From assembly GCA_964016885.1 (NCBI GenBank), contig OZ024742.1, forward strand, positions 290,594,001 through 290,658,000: a stretch of 64,000 nucleotides of DNA. The letters are read 5' to 3'. This document shows, one piece after another, positions 37,059-51,645 of this stretch; the stretch's first letter is position 1, and every line of letters starts with the position of its first letter. Position numbers and translations under genes: made by a program. The notes beneath the pieces are model-generated. The model had not been told where the DNA came from, did not search any database, and was given only the letters and a program-made list of their open reading frames with translations. The stretch comes from Eledone cirrhosa (taxonomy: Eukaryota).

Positions 37059-40000
37059 CATCATCATCTTCATCATCGTTTAACGTCCATCTTCCACACT
37101 AGCATGGGTTAGACAGGTTTGTCCCACTTGAGGCAAGATTGGTTGGGTGACTGTGTTTCGCTCATATAGAACTGTTTCTGGCTGGTTTTCTACAGCTAGA
37201 TGCCCTTCCTAATGCCAACCACATTTACAGTGTCGATTGGGTGCTTTTTGTCGTGACATCTACATGACCACTTTACAGTGTGGACTGGATGTTCTGTGGT
37301 ACCAACATAACCTTACAGAGAAAGGGTGGTGTGGGCGAAGATGGAAGGATGGAGTAGGGCTGTGGGTGGGGTGTCATTGGGTTCAGAGGTGCCTGCTGAC
37401 TGGAGGTTTAAGTTTGTGCGTAAGGGAAAGCAGGTCTTCTGTATTACTGCATAGTGCCAAAGATCTCGATCTAGTGACATTGTCACTTACACAAAGGTGC
37501 AAGTGTGCATGGTCAGTTTTTATCATCTCGTCCCAGATTTTTCTGGGTCTACCTACTCCTTAGCTTCCATCAATTTTGATCGCCCTGCACTTTTTTATAC
37601 AGCTGTCATCTTTCATACGCATCACATGACCAAACCAATGTAATCTCCTCTCAAGTAAACTGCATCTGATCCCTCTTATTCCTAATTTCTTACTTAGTTT
37701 GATTACATTTTGCCGTCCGTGTATATTACTATTACACATCCATTGGAACATGCATGCTTCATTTCTTTCTAATCTACGCAGGCACACAATGCCCAAGTCT
37801 GACTACCATGCAACATTGCTGTTCATATACAACCATCATACAATCTGCTTTTCATTTTTAGAGAGAAACCTTTTGTGGCCAACAGCGATAGCTGTCTGAA
37901 TTTTTTCCATCCCATTCTAACTCTGACTACAGTACATTCAGAACACCCTCCTCCACTGCTGAGTTTGTTACCCAGGTAATGGAAAGTGCCTACTATTTCT
38001 ATAGAACCATCTGGGCAGTTGAAGGAGCTAGTATCCAGTGGGCCCTTGCTACTTCCTCCACCTGAGTATCGGCCACATGTAAAATCTACATTCTTAGATA
38101 GCTTACCTCGGATCTCACTACATATTTTAAGAACCCATAATTTACATTTGGGGCACAGAATAGAATTTCTTACACACTGAGAATGGCCATTTCCCAGAGT
38201 AAACCTGTGCTCTATTTTCCTTTTTACATACTAGAACTTTAGTCTTAGACAAGTTTACTTTAGGGCCTTTTGATTCTAGGCCATGCTTCCATGTTTGGAA
38301 TTTCTTCTCTAGTTCAGCCATAGATTCAGCTATGAGAGTTAGATCATCTGCATATAGAAGTTCCATTGGGCAGCTGGTTTTAAACTGCTGTTATAGCCTG
38401 ATGGGCAATAATAAACAGGAGGGGGCTAAGGATAGAGCCTTGATAAACACCAACATTTAAGCTAAATTCTTCACTATATGCATTGTTAATTCTAATCTTG
38501 CTGACTGAATCACCTAGATGCCCTTCCTAATGACAACATAACTTTACGGAGAAAGGGTGGTGTGGGCGAAAATGGAAGGATGGAGTAGGGGTGTGGGTGG
38601 GGTGTAATTGGGTTCAGAGGTGCCTACTGACTGGAGGTTTAAGTTTGTACGTAAGGGAAGGCAGGTCTTCTGTATTACTGCATAGTGCCAAAGATCTCGA
38701 TCTAGTGACATTGTCACTTACACAAAGGTGCAAGTGTGCAAGGTAGTTTTTATCACCTTGTCCCATATTTTTCTGGGTCTACCTACTCCTTAGCTTCTAT
38801 CAATTTTGATCGCCCTGCACTTTTTTATACAGCTGTCATCTTCCATACGCATCACATGACCAAACCAACGTAATCTCCTCTCAAGTAAGCTGCATCTGAT
38901 TCCTCTTATTTCTAATTTCTTACTTAGTTCGATTACATTTTGGCGTCCGTGTATATTACTATTACACATCCATTGGAACATGCATGCTTCATTCCTTTCC
39001 AATCTGCACAGATCCTCTGCACACAATGCCCAAGTCTCACTACCATGCAACATTGCTGTTCATATACAACCATTATACAATCCGCTTTTCATTTTTAGAG
39101 AGAAACCTTTTGTGGCCAAGAGTGAACTTTTTCCATCCCATTCTAACTCTGTGTACTGTACTTTCAGAACACCCTCCTCCACTGCTGAGTTTGTTACCCA
39201 GGTAACGGAAAGTGCCTACTATTTCTATAGAACCAGTGGGCCCTTGCTACTTACTGCACCTGAGTATCGGCCACATATAAAATATACATTCCCACTACAT
39301 CTTTTATGTACCCATAGTTTGCATTTGGGGCATAGAATGGAATTTCTACCTATCCCTTTCTTACACACTGAGAATGCCCATTTCCCAGAGGGCACCTGTG
39401 CTCTATTTTCCTTTCTACATACTAGAACTTAAAGTTATCTTAAGACCTTTTGATTCTAGGACATGCTTCCATGTTTGGAATTCCTTCTGTAGTTCAGCCA
39501 TAGATTCACCTATGAGAGTTAGATCATCTGCATATAGAAGTTCCATTGGGCAGCTGGTTTTAAACTCCTGTTATAGCCTGAAGGGCAATAATAAACCGGA
39601 GGGGGCTAAGGAGAGAGCCTTGATAAACACCAACATTTACGCTAAATTCTTCACTATATGCATTGTTAATTCTAACCTTGCTGACTGTTCCTCTATACAT
39701 GGCTTGTATAGTTCTCTCAAGCCACTCATCTACTCCTAGTTTTCTAAGAGCCCACAAGTTACTGGAGCGGGGGACTCTGTCAAAGACTTTCTCCAAGTCA
39801 ACAAAAGCTAAGTAGTGGGGTTTACTTTTAGCTAGGTATTTCTGTAGTTGCCATACAAGGAAGAGAGCATCCATAGTACTTTTACCTGGCACAAACCCAA
39901 ACTGCATTTCATCCTGATCAATTCAGTCTCCAATCAGTTGCGCAATAACTCTTTCTTTGACCTTTATGACCTGGTCAACTAACTTAATGCCTCTATAGTT

Positions 40001-41640
40001 TTCTCTATCTAGAGCCTCTCCTTTGCCCTTGTAGCAGTTAACGATGATGCTACTATACCAGTCATTTGGTATGACCCCATTCTGTATTACTTGGTTTACT
40101 ATCCGGGTGACCATAGTGTGTCCCACCATTCCAGATGCTTTCAACATTTCAGTAACTATCTCCGAAGGCCCAGTTGCCTTGCATGTCTTCATATCTTTGA
40201 TTGCCTTACTTATTATACTACCATTAACTTTCACAGCTGGTCTCTCTATTGGATCAATTTGGGGCAGACTATATTTTCCCATTCATTCTCTTCATTTAGT
40301 AGTCTTTCGTAGTGACACTTCCAAGCTACCTTCTTATTAGTGTAAGTGAGGGCAAGTAAACTATCATCATAACAGACACACTTTTCCCCGAAAATATCAC
40401 AATTTTCCTTGACTCATTGTCTCGCAATCCTGAACACCTCACGTTTATGGTCCTCACGTTGTAGAACATGCTTGAACTTTCTATCCTCTCCTTCCTTTCT
40501 TGCAAAGTACACTTGTCGCCTAGCTTCTCTCCTAACCACCTGATAGTGTTCTCTACTTCCCCACATCCCGCCATTCTTTCCAAGCTTGCCTTTTGGCCTT
40601 GATCGTCTCCTCCACTTTACTGTTCCACCATGTTACTCTTCTGCCTAAAGGTTTGCTCCAGCCACAGATTTTTCTCTGTTGCCTTCAGCAGATTAACTTT
40701 CAGGAATACTCACTCTTTCTCTATATTGTACGTCTCTAATTGCTCTTCCTTACTGTCAAAAGTATCAAGTAATATGCTTTTAAATTTGTTACTGGCTGTG
40801 GGGTCCTTCAACTTCCATATTCTTCTCCTCAGGGTAGACTTCTGTCATCGAGTACGTCTAGTCCCGACTATGAGGCCACTAACTATTAGGCTATGTTGGG
40901 AGGTGCATTCTTCATGAAGGAGGGACTTAGTGTTTACGATAGACACATTGTCTCATCTTCTAGGAAGGATAAAATCTATCTGGCTGGCGTGTTCCCCTGA
41001 TCTATAGGTGATCAAGTGATTGTCTTGATTTTTAAATTTGTGTTACAGATAGTTAAATTATTCTGTCATTCACTCTATGGCAATTACCTTATCTACCCAG
41101 TTTTCTGCTAATTCCTACTCCACCCATCCCGTTGCCACATCCCATCTAGAAAAGTTTAAAGCATCGTTTTTTGCCCACAACAAATCTAGCAGACCCACCC
41201 CTCCACCTGGTTTCTTGAACACAACAAACATCAACTTCCTTACATTCAAACATCTCTAAAACCTCATTTGAGTGACCTTTAAATATGCCTACATTCATGT
41301 TACCAACTCTGAAGTTTTGGAGTTTGCTGGGAGAGAGGAAGGGATGAGATGGGGGCACAGTGAGGGGTGTGGGAGACGGAATTGTGTTGGTTTTGGTCTT
41401 CCATGTCTGAAATAAAGAGGAGTGCTTGCATGCTCGTCCAGAGATGGAAGGTGAATTTATCTTTGTCATTGTCATTGTGAGTGCTCAGACTCTCCATCTC
41501 TGAAGTCCATTTATCATACCGAACAACAATCAGGTTTAAGTATTTTAAAGCTTTGCGATAGGGATTTTATGTTAGAAACCTTACTATAAACCACTGGGTT
41601 TTGATTGGACCAAATAACTATGGTGGTGAATGGGGGTGGG
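37059..41640 (-). mobile_element. Two older, decayed RTE LINE copies in tandem (about 37059-38510 and 38515-41640)
   Basis: Fragmentary ORFs with ELLYADD, MQFGFVPGK, RLRWFGHV and APE CCVQETRWRGG. 37300-37780 is duplicated at 38535-39020. Confidence 0.88.
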
Positions 41641-42189
41641 TGGGAGGAAAATGGGTAACTTTTGGAGATTCTTTTCAAATGTGTGAGAGATAAAAAGATA
41701 ACAATAAGTATGGACAAAACGAAATTTCAAGAGAGAAAATTAATGCTAGAACAATTTATACAAACAAAAATGACCAAGTATACTTAGTAAGTATACTTTT
41801 CAAATGTGTCTTTTTTTTTCAAAATCGCCCACCACTTAGATAAGCCATAAGACTGGTTTTATCATCCCTTAGCTTAATGGTAAAAACAGTCAGCCGGAAT
41901 TCAATAGATACGAGTTTGTTTCTTCATAGTAGCTGCTGGACACGTTTTGAAACTAATTAAGAATTTAGAATGATTTAGTAATATAAATAACTTTCTCATT
42001 ATTAAGTTGATGTTTGGAACATAACTTTACAAAGGTACATAAAATTCTGATGGAAGCTCCAATTAACCCTTTTGATATGAATTTTCCCCAGGTTCTCTGA
42101 TATAAAACTATTTATTTTAAAGTATATTTAGCTTCCATCATAATTTTATGCAAGAACCTATCAAAGAACATCGGATTTATATGTGGTTG

Positions 42190-42690
42190 ATGCACAGGTA
42201 AATAAGTAGCAAGAGCTCACAAGATACTAGCTCCTTTAAATGTCCAGTGGACTCTGTAGAAGTAGTGGATAGTTTCTGATAACTGGGTGATTAAATTACA
42301 GTAGCCACCACTGTTAACAAAAGTGTTTTCTCTCAAAAGCTTGCATGCTCCAATGGATATGTAATAGTAATATACATGAACGGCAAAATGTAAATGAACT
42401 GAGTGAGAAACTAGGCATAAAAGGGATTGGATCCAGTGTGCAGGAGAGAAGATTGCAGTGGTATGGACATGTGATGGTATGAAGGATGACAGCTGTATAA
42501 AAAAGTGGGGGCACTGAAAGTTAATGGAATCTATGGAAGACCTATGAAAGCTTGGGATGAGGTGATAAAAACTAACCTCATACAATTGCACCTCTTTAAG
42601 ACAATGAGACAGGATCATGATCTCTGGTATAATGTAATACTACAGAAGACCTACCTTCCCATGTGCAAGGGACGAAGCAATGTCTAGTGG
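42190..42690 (+). mobile_element. Old RTE 3' fragment
   Basis: Decayed RLQWYGHV / GRPMKAWDEVIK homology to the RTE C-terminus. Confidence 0.65.
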
Positions 42691-43135
42691 TCTTTAGTAT
42701 GCACGTCTCCCTCCCTTCCATAATCCTACCACATCTTAATCATTCCACTACTTACCACCTCATAGACATTAATATCTATTAGTTTTAAAGTGTTATATTT
42801 ATCTAAAAAACTTCCATCATAATTTCATGTACCTTTTTAAATTTGTGTTCCAAACACCAGCTTAATAATGAGAAAATGATTTATATTAGTAAAGCACTCT
42901 AAATTCTTGATTATTTGAAACTCATAGTCATTGTCTTTCATTAGAAATATAGTAACAAAAGGTTTAAATTCTGACTTTGATTGTGACAACCAATCCAACC
43001 GTTGCTAGCAGTTAAAAAGGACATTGAATGATCATAATGATATATATATATATATGTGTGTGTGTGTGTATATAAATTATTGTTTTTATGTCTGCTTTTC
43101 GATGCGTGCATGCATTGGGCAGTATATATATATAA

Positions 43136-43838
43136 CTAGCAGCAGGACCCAGCATGCACGGTGTAGGAAATGTGAAATAGCAACACACATATCTGTGTAC
43201 CGGGTTCCCAAAGTCCTTGTATTTATAATAATGCTATAGTTAGAAGGATGTGTATATGAGGTTGATTTATGCTCAGCCATGTGGTGATCGTCTCCCAGGT
43301 AGCTGGGAGTCACATGTCAAGTGGTATGTACGTTTATCATCGTTGTCTTGACAGGACAATGGTGGGAACCTTCCAATAAAGGGTCGTCTCTGAGGCGAGA
43401 TACCTCAGATTCGGTTTCGAATCTTCACCAGTAAGACATAGGAGTATTTCGTTATAGATGTTTAAGTAGCATTTATATTGAAAATGAAAAAAAGCATGTA
43501 ATGCCCAATGCTAATTCATAAATTTCATAGAAACCATTAATGGAATTGGAAATTTTTTTTGTCCACAGCAATGCGAGGGGACTAACTAATGTGTGCTGCA
43601 AATTTTGAGGGAATCAGCTGGATTATCTTTAAGTTACACCTCAAAAAAGCCTAAAAATGCCTAAAAAATGGGGTTTTCGCCTAGGACAGAAAAAGTTAAA
43701 AAAATTTTTTAGCCCATTGCACTTCAAGAAATATAAGTAACGATGTATAAAGTTTGAAAAAAATTGGTCGGGTACTTCTCGAGTTTTAGAGATTTACACA
43801 GACAGACAGACAGACATCCTCTGTTTTATATATATAGA
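43136..43838 (-). mobile_element. Non-autonomous Helitron
   Basis: 5' TCTATATATATAAAACAGAGGATGTCTGTCTG, the same type as the 9265-10982 element; 3' hairpin then CTAG|T at 43136. Confidence 0.8.
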
Positions 43839-44162
43839 GAGTACATAATAAACAAGACATTTCTGAAGGTTTCCAGAAACTAGATGATTCTTACAGAAAC
43901 GTCCAGCTCATTCGTCAGATAAAATAATAGAATAATTATATTGTGTTGTTTATTATGTAATTAAATAGGTTTGTACAATATGTAGAGCACTCTTCTTCCT
44001 TTTATCTTTTTTTATGGAAATACTTCACACACACATATAATATACCATTAATATTAATAGTATATTCATTTACTAGTTGATCTATAGCTCGATGTAGTAG
44101 GCTTCATGTGGAGCTAGAGCTGTTATACATTAAAATTTAAATGACATCAAAGATTTAAAGCA

Positions 44163-44202
<40 letters not shown>

Positions 44203-44481
44203 TAGATATATATATCACATAAGAAATGGAGAATCAGTGATACTGCGAATAAGATTTATTAGATATATTACAATCGTTTCTCTGGCTCCAGTTCGAGGCA
44301 CGATCGATGCAATGATCAAACCTGACTCTGAAATCGCAGGATCCTCGGATATGTCTCGATTCTACGAAGCAGAGTTTCCATTTTGTAGCACCCCTGATTC
44401 TCCGTTTCTTATGTGATATTATACTCTGCTCTGTAAGAGCATTGAGTGCTCAAATGGCATACCGCTTACGGACGCTTTAAG

Positions 44482-44482
<1 letters not shown>

Positions 44483-44523
<41 letters not shown>

Positions 44524-44846
44524 TTTACATCCACTTTTCCCTGCTTGCAATGGTGGGATGGGAACTCATTCTGGCTTGATTTCTACAGCTGGATGCCCTT
44601 CCTAACACCAACCTCATTTACAGTGAGTGCTGGGCGCTTTTTTGCCGTGGCACCTCCACAACCACTTTGCAGTGGAATGATAGGGACCCCAGTCCCTATC
44701 ATCTCATTTCTACAGGTGAGTAAACTGGAGCAATGTGAAATAAAGTGTCTTGCTCAAGGAAACAACACATCACCCGGTCTGAGAATTTAACTCACAACCT
44801 TTCGATTGCAAGGCCAATGTTCTAACCACAAACCCATGTGTCTCCA
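44483..44846 (-). mobile_element. Full-length SINE, same family as 33801-34127
   Basis: Reverse-complement match across head, central domain and RTE tail, with a long (GAT)n tail. Confidence 0.85.
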
Positions 44847-45140
44847 TATATATCTTTATATATAAGATGATGATGCTGATCCATTAGAAGGGGCATGCAC
44901 TGAAGAAACCAAGTCAAAATCAGTTCTCTATGAGTAAGACATGGTCACCGGACCTGGCATTGTTTACAACAGGACAACTTGTGTAACCCATACTAATGTT
45001 GAAAAATGGATGTTAAATGGTGATGATGATGATGTTGATAATAATGACGATAATCATAATTACAGAACAAAGCTTGTCAAATAGAATGGACACGGCTTCG
45101 ATTGTTTCTTCACTCATCCAATAATTTAATTAAGTCCATG

Positions 45141-45452
45141 TAGATAGATAGATAGATATGTTATAAATAGATAGATAGATAGATATGTTATAAATAAATA
45201 GATAGATAGATATGTTATAAATAGATAGATAGATATGTTATAAACAGATAGATTGCTAGATATGTTATAACTAGATAGATAGATATGTTATAAATAGATA
45301 GATAGATATGTTATAAACAGATAGATTGATAGATATGTTATAACTAGATAGATAGATATGTTATAAATAGATAGATAGATATGTTATAAATAGATAGATA
45401 GATAGATATGTTATAAATAGATAGATAGATAGATATGTTATAAATAGATATG
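45141..45452. repeat. Composite (GATA)n-TGTTATAAATA minisatellite, continuing at 50181-50280 and 50884-51020
   Basis: Same unit on both sides of the Tx1 insertion and the foldback insertion. Confidence 0.9.
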
Positions 45453-48400
45453 TTTCTTTATTAGCCACAGGGGCACAAAAGAAGGGGACAATTACAAAGA
45501 GGGGAGTTTACATACAATAAAAACGTGTAAAATGTTATCACAATTGTAAATTAAAAATTAATCGATTTTCCCCAATAGGGGGAGACATTACGTATGGATA
45601 GCATATACCCCCGAAAAAAATGTGCAACACTAATCTCCAGGAGTACGAAGAGTTTGTACCCCTTTCCTCTCTTCCTCCTTTTCCTCAACCTACAGGCTGA
45701 TATAAAGACAGGGCCCATTCACTCGGGCTATTCTCGCCACTTTCACCCACCTTTCATAAAACTTGCTGGGGTACAGCACCTCTCTCTCCATCCTGATTTT
45801 TCTTCCAAAATGGTATTTGAAAAAAAGAATCAGTTGTTAGCCGGAGAGAAAGGTGTCTGACCTCAGCCCTTTTAACCTCGTCCACCATACCACCTCTTTC
45901 ACCATAGCTATCACACAAAGGAAAACTGCCTCTCCTTCGTTTTTGAAGGAGGGTGGCGGTTTGATCATGACAATGGACTCGGTGGTCAACTGGACTGGTC
46001 CCACCCGCGACAATAGTCGTTCTACATAGCCCCACAGGTCGGTAACGCCCGGGCAGTGTACAATTGCGTGCGCGATGGTTTCCTCGTCGCGCACGCATCT
46101 CGGACAGATCTTTTTCGAACTGTCCCTGCTCGGGCGCCCGTGTCTGTAGAGCTTGTCTCGAACTGGTAGAGCTCCTCAGTAGCACTACCAGGCCAGGGAC
46201 TTTTGGAAGTTGTCCATCGGTCCCGGGCGGAAGGTTCTACCGAACAGACTGGCCAGTTCGTCTTCCTCTACGCCCAGAGCTTCTCCGAGCGTGTCATCGT
46301 ACTTGCTGCGGACCAACCCTCTATAGAATGATGAAGTGGAGTCTCCACTGATCGCCGGGTCCACCTGCCTAAGGGCTGTGAGCGCCTGAGCACATTCGAT
46401 GTGCCAGTCGCCCATTTTCCTCGATCTTTGCTTGACCCAGGACTGCAGCTCGGTCAGCGAGACGAGTCGTGGTAATGCTCGCCTCACGAACAGGGACCAC
46501 ACCGGTTGTCCGGTGAGAAATACGTGGAGGTGCCGCAGCCTGAGCGCGTGTTTGCGCATCATCAGCCACAGCATCCTCAGCCCTCCGTTTGAAGGGTGTT
46601 GGCAGCAGATGGGTCTTCTTACCAAAGGAATTGGAAGAGCGCGCGCTCCATTTTGGTGAGCGTTTTGGCTGGACAAGGCACGACGGTCAAGCGGTAGTAG
46701 ATGACGGACGCTATAAAAGTGTTTGCCACCTCCGCTCAACCTTTCAAGGATAGTTTTCACTCGGCCCACTTCTGGGTGAGTGCAAACACCTTGGCCGTCA
46801 CCTCGTTCCAGTTCTTCTCCAGCTGGAGGTCTGGACCAAACCAGACCCCAAGCAGCTTTACCGGTCCTTCCGTCCAGCATCCGACGATGCCATCGGAAGG
46901 CATCGGTTTGCCTCTCCACGATCCGAGTTGCAAACCGATGGACTTGTCCCGGTTCAGCTTCGCTCCTGTGAACCTTTTTTATTCCTTCAGTAAGGTGCCA
47001 ACTTCCTCGATTTGCGAGGTGCTCGACACCATTACTGTTACATCGTCGGCGTAGGCCAACGCCGCTTTCCGCAGTCCTGGTTCCAGAGGGATGCCCTGCA
47101 ATAGCTCCAACTTCCGCAGTAGTGGCTCGAGAGTCAGTACGTACAGAAGAGAGGAGAGAGGGCATCCCTGTCGAATGGATCGCGTGATATGGAACGGCTC
47201 TGAGAGGTAGCCGTTCACCTTGACCCTTGAACAGATGTTGCTGTTGTGCATTGCAGCAATCCAGCCCCTGAACACGGGTCCGAAGCCTGCCGCCTTGAAC
47301 ACTGCATCCAGGTAACGATGGTCAACCCTATCGAAAGCCTTAGACTGATCCAAGTTGATCAGGGCCCCACCGGGTTTACACCCTACCCTCTCTATGATGT
47401 ATCGCATGAGGTGGAGGTTGTCGTGTATGGACCTGGTTGAGATTGCGCATGTCTGCGGTTCTCCCACCAGGTTTTCAACGACAAGCGCCAGCCTCTTTGC
47501 CAACACCTTGGCCAAAAGCTGTAACCCTGTGTTTAGCAGAGTTATGGGCGGAAGTTGCTATATGTCATCCCCCTTATTCTCGTCCTTTCTGACTAGTGTG
47601 ACTACGCCCCTGGTCACAACTGGGAATTCTCCTGTTCTGCTGCCAGTTGCAGTAGACCGGAGAACAAGTCCGATATTGCTACGTAAAATTCGTAGGGTAG
47701 ACCGTCGAGACCTGGAGATTTGCGTTTGTCGCATTGGCTCAGCACATCTCCTATCTCAGCGGCTGAAATCGACTTTTCGCAGAACTTCACCTTGCTGTCC
47801 GAGAGTCGCAGTACGCCGTTGAGATATGGACCGAAATCCATAGCCCCTGCCAGTGCGCTGCCCTGCCCGAACAGCTGAGCAAAGTGCCGCTGAAAGGCCG
47901 CGCACATCTGCTTCGGCTCACGTATCACGCATCCGTCTTGGTCCTTCAAAGACCGAATTGTGGACTTGTTGCCACTTTTTGCCTCCGTCACCCGGGCCCA
48001 GCTAACATCTTTGGCTCCCTCGTTACCCAGAGCATGTATTTTGCTTCTGACAACGCAGCCCTGGTGCTTTGTGTCGAAGAACTGGTCCAAGGCCGTTCTC
48101 GTTGCTAGCACGCTGGCTACGTTTCCACTTCTAATTGCTTCCTCTACTTTATCTATTAGTTCCTTCTCGGTACTATTTCTATTTAATATTAATTCTTTAC
48201 TAAAAACTAGCGAGTCTAATCTAACTGCCCTCTTGAGAGAGTACCACCATCTGTTGTTGACAATGGCCCCTGTCAAGAGCTGTTTAACTAAAGTGCTAAT
48301 TCGCCTATTGTAGGCTTTGCATGTCGGTAATGACATGTTCAGCTTCCAGTAGCCGGGTCCTTGTCTATGGGTTCTATCAAGGTTGACCATGCAGGTCATT

Positions 48401-50180
48401 AGTTTGGGATCTCAAAAGGCAACCATGAACATTTGTGGACAGCTTAATATGTCCCTATCTTTATTTCTAACTAGAACCCTATCTAGGTATGATCTAGATG
48501 TTCCGCTGTGGTTAGTCCACGTCCACAGTGGCACAGTCGGAAAATCTAGTCGATATCTATTGGCCAATTAACTGTTTGAGGCTGTTACACCCCCCTTTAT
48601 CGAGACATGCTCCCAAATAGTCCCAACGTGCATCTAGGATTCCATTCCAGTCCCCCACTAAAAGCAAGGAGTGGGACGTTCCCAGAAAAGCCTCTAGACG
48701 TTTGAAGAAGTCTGGCCACGGTGTCCCGGATGAGGCATATGTAGCCACCAGCCTCAAGGCTCCACCTTCACTACTGTCAACGTCTAGGACCACCAGTCGA
48801 CCCTCTGGGTCCAGATGTATCGTCTGTGTTACGAGGTCCAGGTGTTTCCGCAGCAAAACGGCAACCCCGCCCCCACCTCCCGGCTGACAGAGAGATGCGT
48901 AGATCTCAAAGTCGTCGAAGATGGAAGCCAGCTGTCGCCCGCTGTGGATCCTGGACTCACAAATGGCTACTACATCCATACTGTGCGACCTGAGGTTGTT
49001 TAAGAGTTTGCCCTGTTTCCAGGTCATCCCCAGGCCGCGTACATTCACACATCCAACTCTTATATTGGCCATGTTGGTGCTGAAAAGTTAAAAGTAGAGG
49101 AAAAGAAATCACTCACCTCTTCGTCTTCTGGGGACCAGGTTGCACAATGTCCATGGGGGTGTTGGAGGGGTTGTTTGGTAGGGTGGTGGTTCCTGGCGGG
49201 GTGGGGACGGAGATGTTTGGTGGGGAGGGGGTGTCTGGTAGGGTGGGGGTGGGGAAATGTTTCAAGAGGATGCGGTTCGTTGGTTTAAAACACATATTCC
49301 CCACATCCTCAGCAAAGTTTTCCTTTAAGGACTTATAGGTGTCCGTAAGAACCCTAATCATCCTTAAATTAGGTTTGTCTTTACATTTGGTAAAATATTT
49401 CCCTTCGGTTTCCACGGAAGGGTTTTTGGAGATGACCTCCATCAAGATTTCATTGTCAGTGTTTTTGTATGTATAATATTTTTGTTGTGTTGTGTTAGTT
49501 TTTGTCTGTTGTTCTTGTGTGTGTTTTCGTTTTGTTGTGGGTATTTGTGTTTGGAGTGTTGTCATTGTTTTGTTTTCGGGAGGGGGATTTTTGTTTGTAA
49601 TGTTTGTGTTGTTTGTGTTGGTAGGTGTGTGTTTGTTGCCTTTTTGTTCGTGTTATGTCTTTTTTTCTTTTTTTTGGAGCGGAGGGGTTCTCCTTCATCA
49701 TCACTGAGTGATGACGAGGGGGCCTCGTCCGTTGTGGTGTCTGTGTTATTTGGAAGGGATATGTTTTGGGGAGCTGCTGTGTTTGTGGGTGTTTTTGCAG
49801 TGGTTTTAGGTGGAGTGGGGTTGGGTGGGACTGTGCTTGCAGTTTGGTTTGTTGTTCTTGTTTTGATTATGTCTGTGTGTTGTTGTTGTTGTTGTTGTTG
49901 CGATGATGGTTGTGTTGTTGTTTTGGGTGTTGGCAGTAGTGCCTCTTGTTTTTTCGTAGTTAGCTGAGGACAGTAAGCCTTCAGGTGACCACTGCTTAAA
50001 CAGTGGTAACATGAAGGCCGCCTACCCTCAACAGAAATGTTTATGTGTGAAATCCCATCCAGAGGCACATGTTGGGGTATTTTAGCTATCCGTTCTGGCC
50101 TCATTTGGACCAGAACTTCCAGGCTTGTACCATTGAATGTGCCTCTGGAGGACTTTCCCACCAAAATGATGGTGTCTTCG
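45453..50180 (-). mobile_element. Tx1/L1-clade LINE, near full length, inactivated
   Basis: ORF1 with CYHCLSSGHLKAYC knuckle. ORF2 from 49072: MANIRVGCVNVRGL (APE), GPGYWKLN, KSPGLDGLPYEFY, LDQSKAFDRVDH, RQGCPLS, YADD, EETIAHAIVHCP. 3' AATAAAGAAA joined to (TATC)n. Confidence 0.92.
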
Positions 50181-50317
50181 ATAGATAGATAGATAGATAT
50201 GTTATAAATAGATAGATAGATAGATATGTTATAAATAGATAGATAGATAGATACGTTATAAATAGATAGATAGATAGATATGAGAGTATTGACGTTTGCT
50301 TGAAGCATTGTGGAACA

Positions 50318-50883
50318 ATAAGTAAATATCTTTAAGTCGTTTGGAAGCCTCGACAATGCAAATGGGTAAATCTCCGGGTAACAAGGTCCGGTGGTGGAGA
50401 GAGAGATGTAAGTGGGTGTACGTTGAGATGCGTGGTGTGTATAAGATGTGCGAGATGTGTAGAATGAAGGGAAGAGTATAAAGGATAAAAATAAAAATAA
50501 CAACACAAGAGAGAGTTACCTTGGGAGAGATTTAATAGTCCCTATATATTTCGGATTCACATCCATCAACTGGGGTTTTTTTCCGGGGTGGGGGAAAAGG
50601 TTGTCTGTCGGACAAGCCCGGAACGCGTCTTTCGCTGTTTGTTGTTTTGAATATTATAGGGACTATTAAATCTCTCCCAAGGTAACTCTCTCTTGTGTTG
50701 TAATTTTTATTTTTATCCTTTATATTCTTCCCTTCATTCTACACATCTCACACATCTTATACACACCACGCATCTCAACGTACACCCACTTACATCTCTC
50801 TCTCCACCACCGGACCTTGTTACCCGGAGATTTACCCATTTGCATTGTCGAGGCTTCCAAACAACTTAAAGATATTTACTTAT
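50318..50883. repeat. Foldback element with 229-bp inverted arms and a degenerate hammerhead at the inner arm junction
   Basis: 50318-50546 is the reverse complement of 50655-50883 with few mismatches. Minus strand 50540-50575 reads CCC-CAGUUGA-U-GGAU(GUGA)AUCC-GAAA-UAUA-UA-GGG. Confidence 0.85.
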
Positions 50884-51645
50884 AAATAGATATGTTATAA
50901 ATATATAGATAGATAGATACGTTATAAATAGATAGATAGATATGTTATAAATAGATAGATAGATAGATACGTTATAAATAGATAGATAGATATGTTATAA
51001 ATAGATAGAGAGATAGATATGTATTACAAATTATCAAAGCATCGGGCAATTTTGAAAACATGAGAACCTGAAACACAGAAAAATAAGCAGAACAACAGTC
51101 AATCACTATAAATAAGAACTTAGAAAATCGAATAAAATATTCTTAGAGTTGGCAAAAAGTTGCCAGCAGCTACTATGAAGAAACGAACTCTGTATCTTTT
51201 GAATTACAGCTGAGTGCTTTTACTATTAAGCTAAGGGATGAGAAAATAAGTCTTATAATTTATAAGTGCTGAGTGATTTTGAAAATGTGTGAATCCTAAA
51301 AGCAGAATAACTGTAACAATAGTTGATTGCTATGAATATATGGAAATATATTGATTCCAGTAGTATGAAAAATAAAACAGTTAGGTTGTGAAAATGATGT
51401 GTAAGTGGCTTTCAGCATTCAACAGGCACGTGCACCCTTGACATAATTCTAAGGGAGGTTTAGTTAGACAAAGCTGGCCCTTTGAATTATAGGTACTTCT
51501 TATTTTTGCCATTCAAATGGAATGGAGCAATGTGAAATGAAGCATTACTGATTCAAATGATTGTGAGCTGACCACCTTATCCACTATACCACACACTTTT
51601 ACACTTTGAAAGACTTAATACATTAAGTAAAAAAAGGTACATAAT

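Noticed and set aside
43385-43435. CTGGTGA...GAAAC hammerhead-like string inside the Helitron
   Set aside because: Core mismatch and no viable stem II or stem I.
49562-50506. 314-aa ORF as a novel gene
   Set aside because: Chance read-through from a foldback arm and (TATC)n into Tx1 ORF1.
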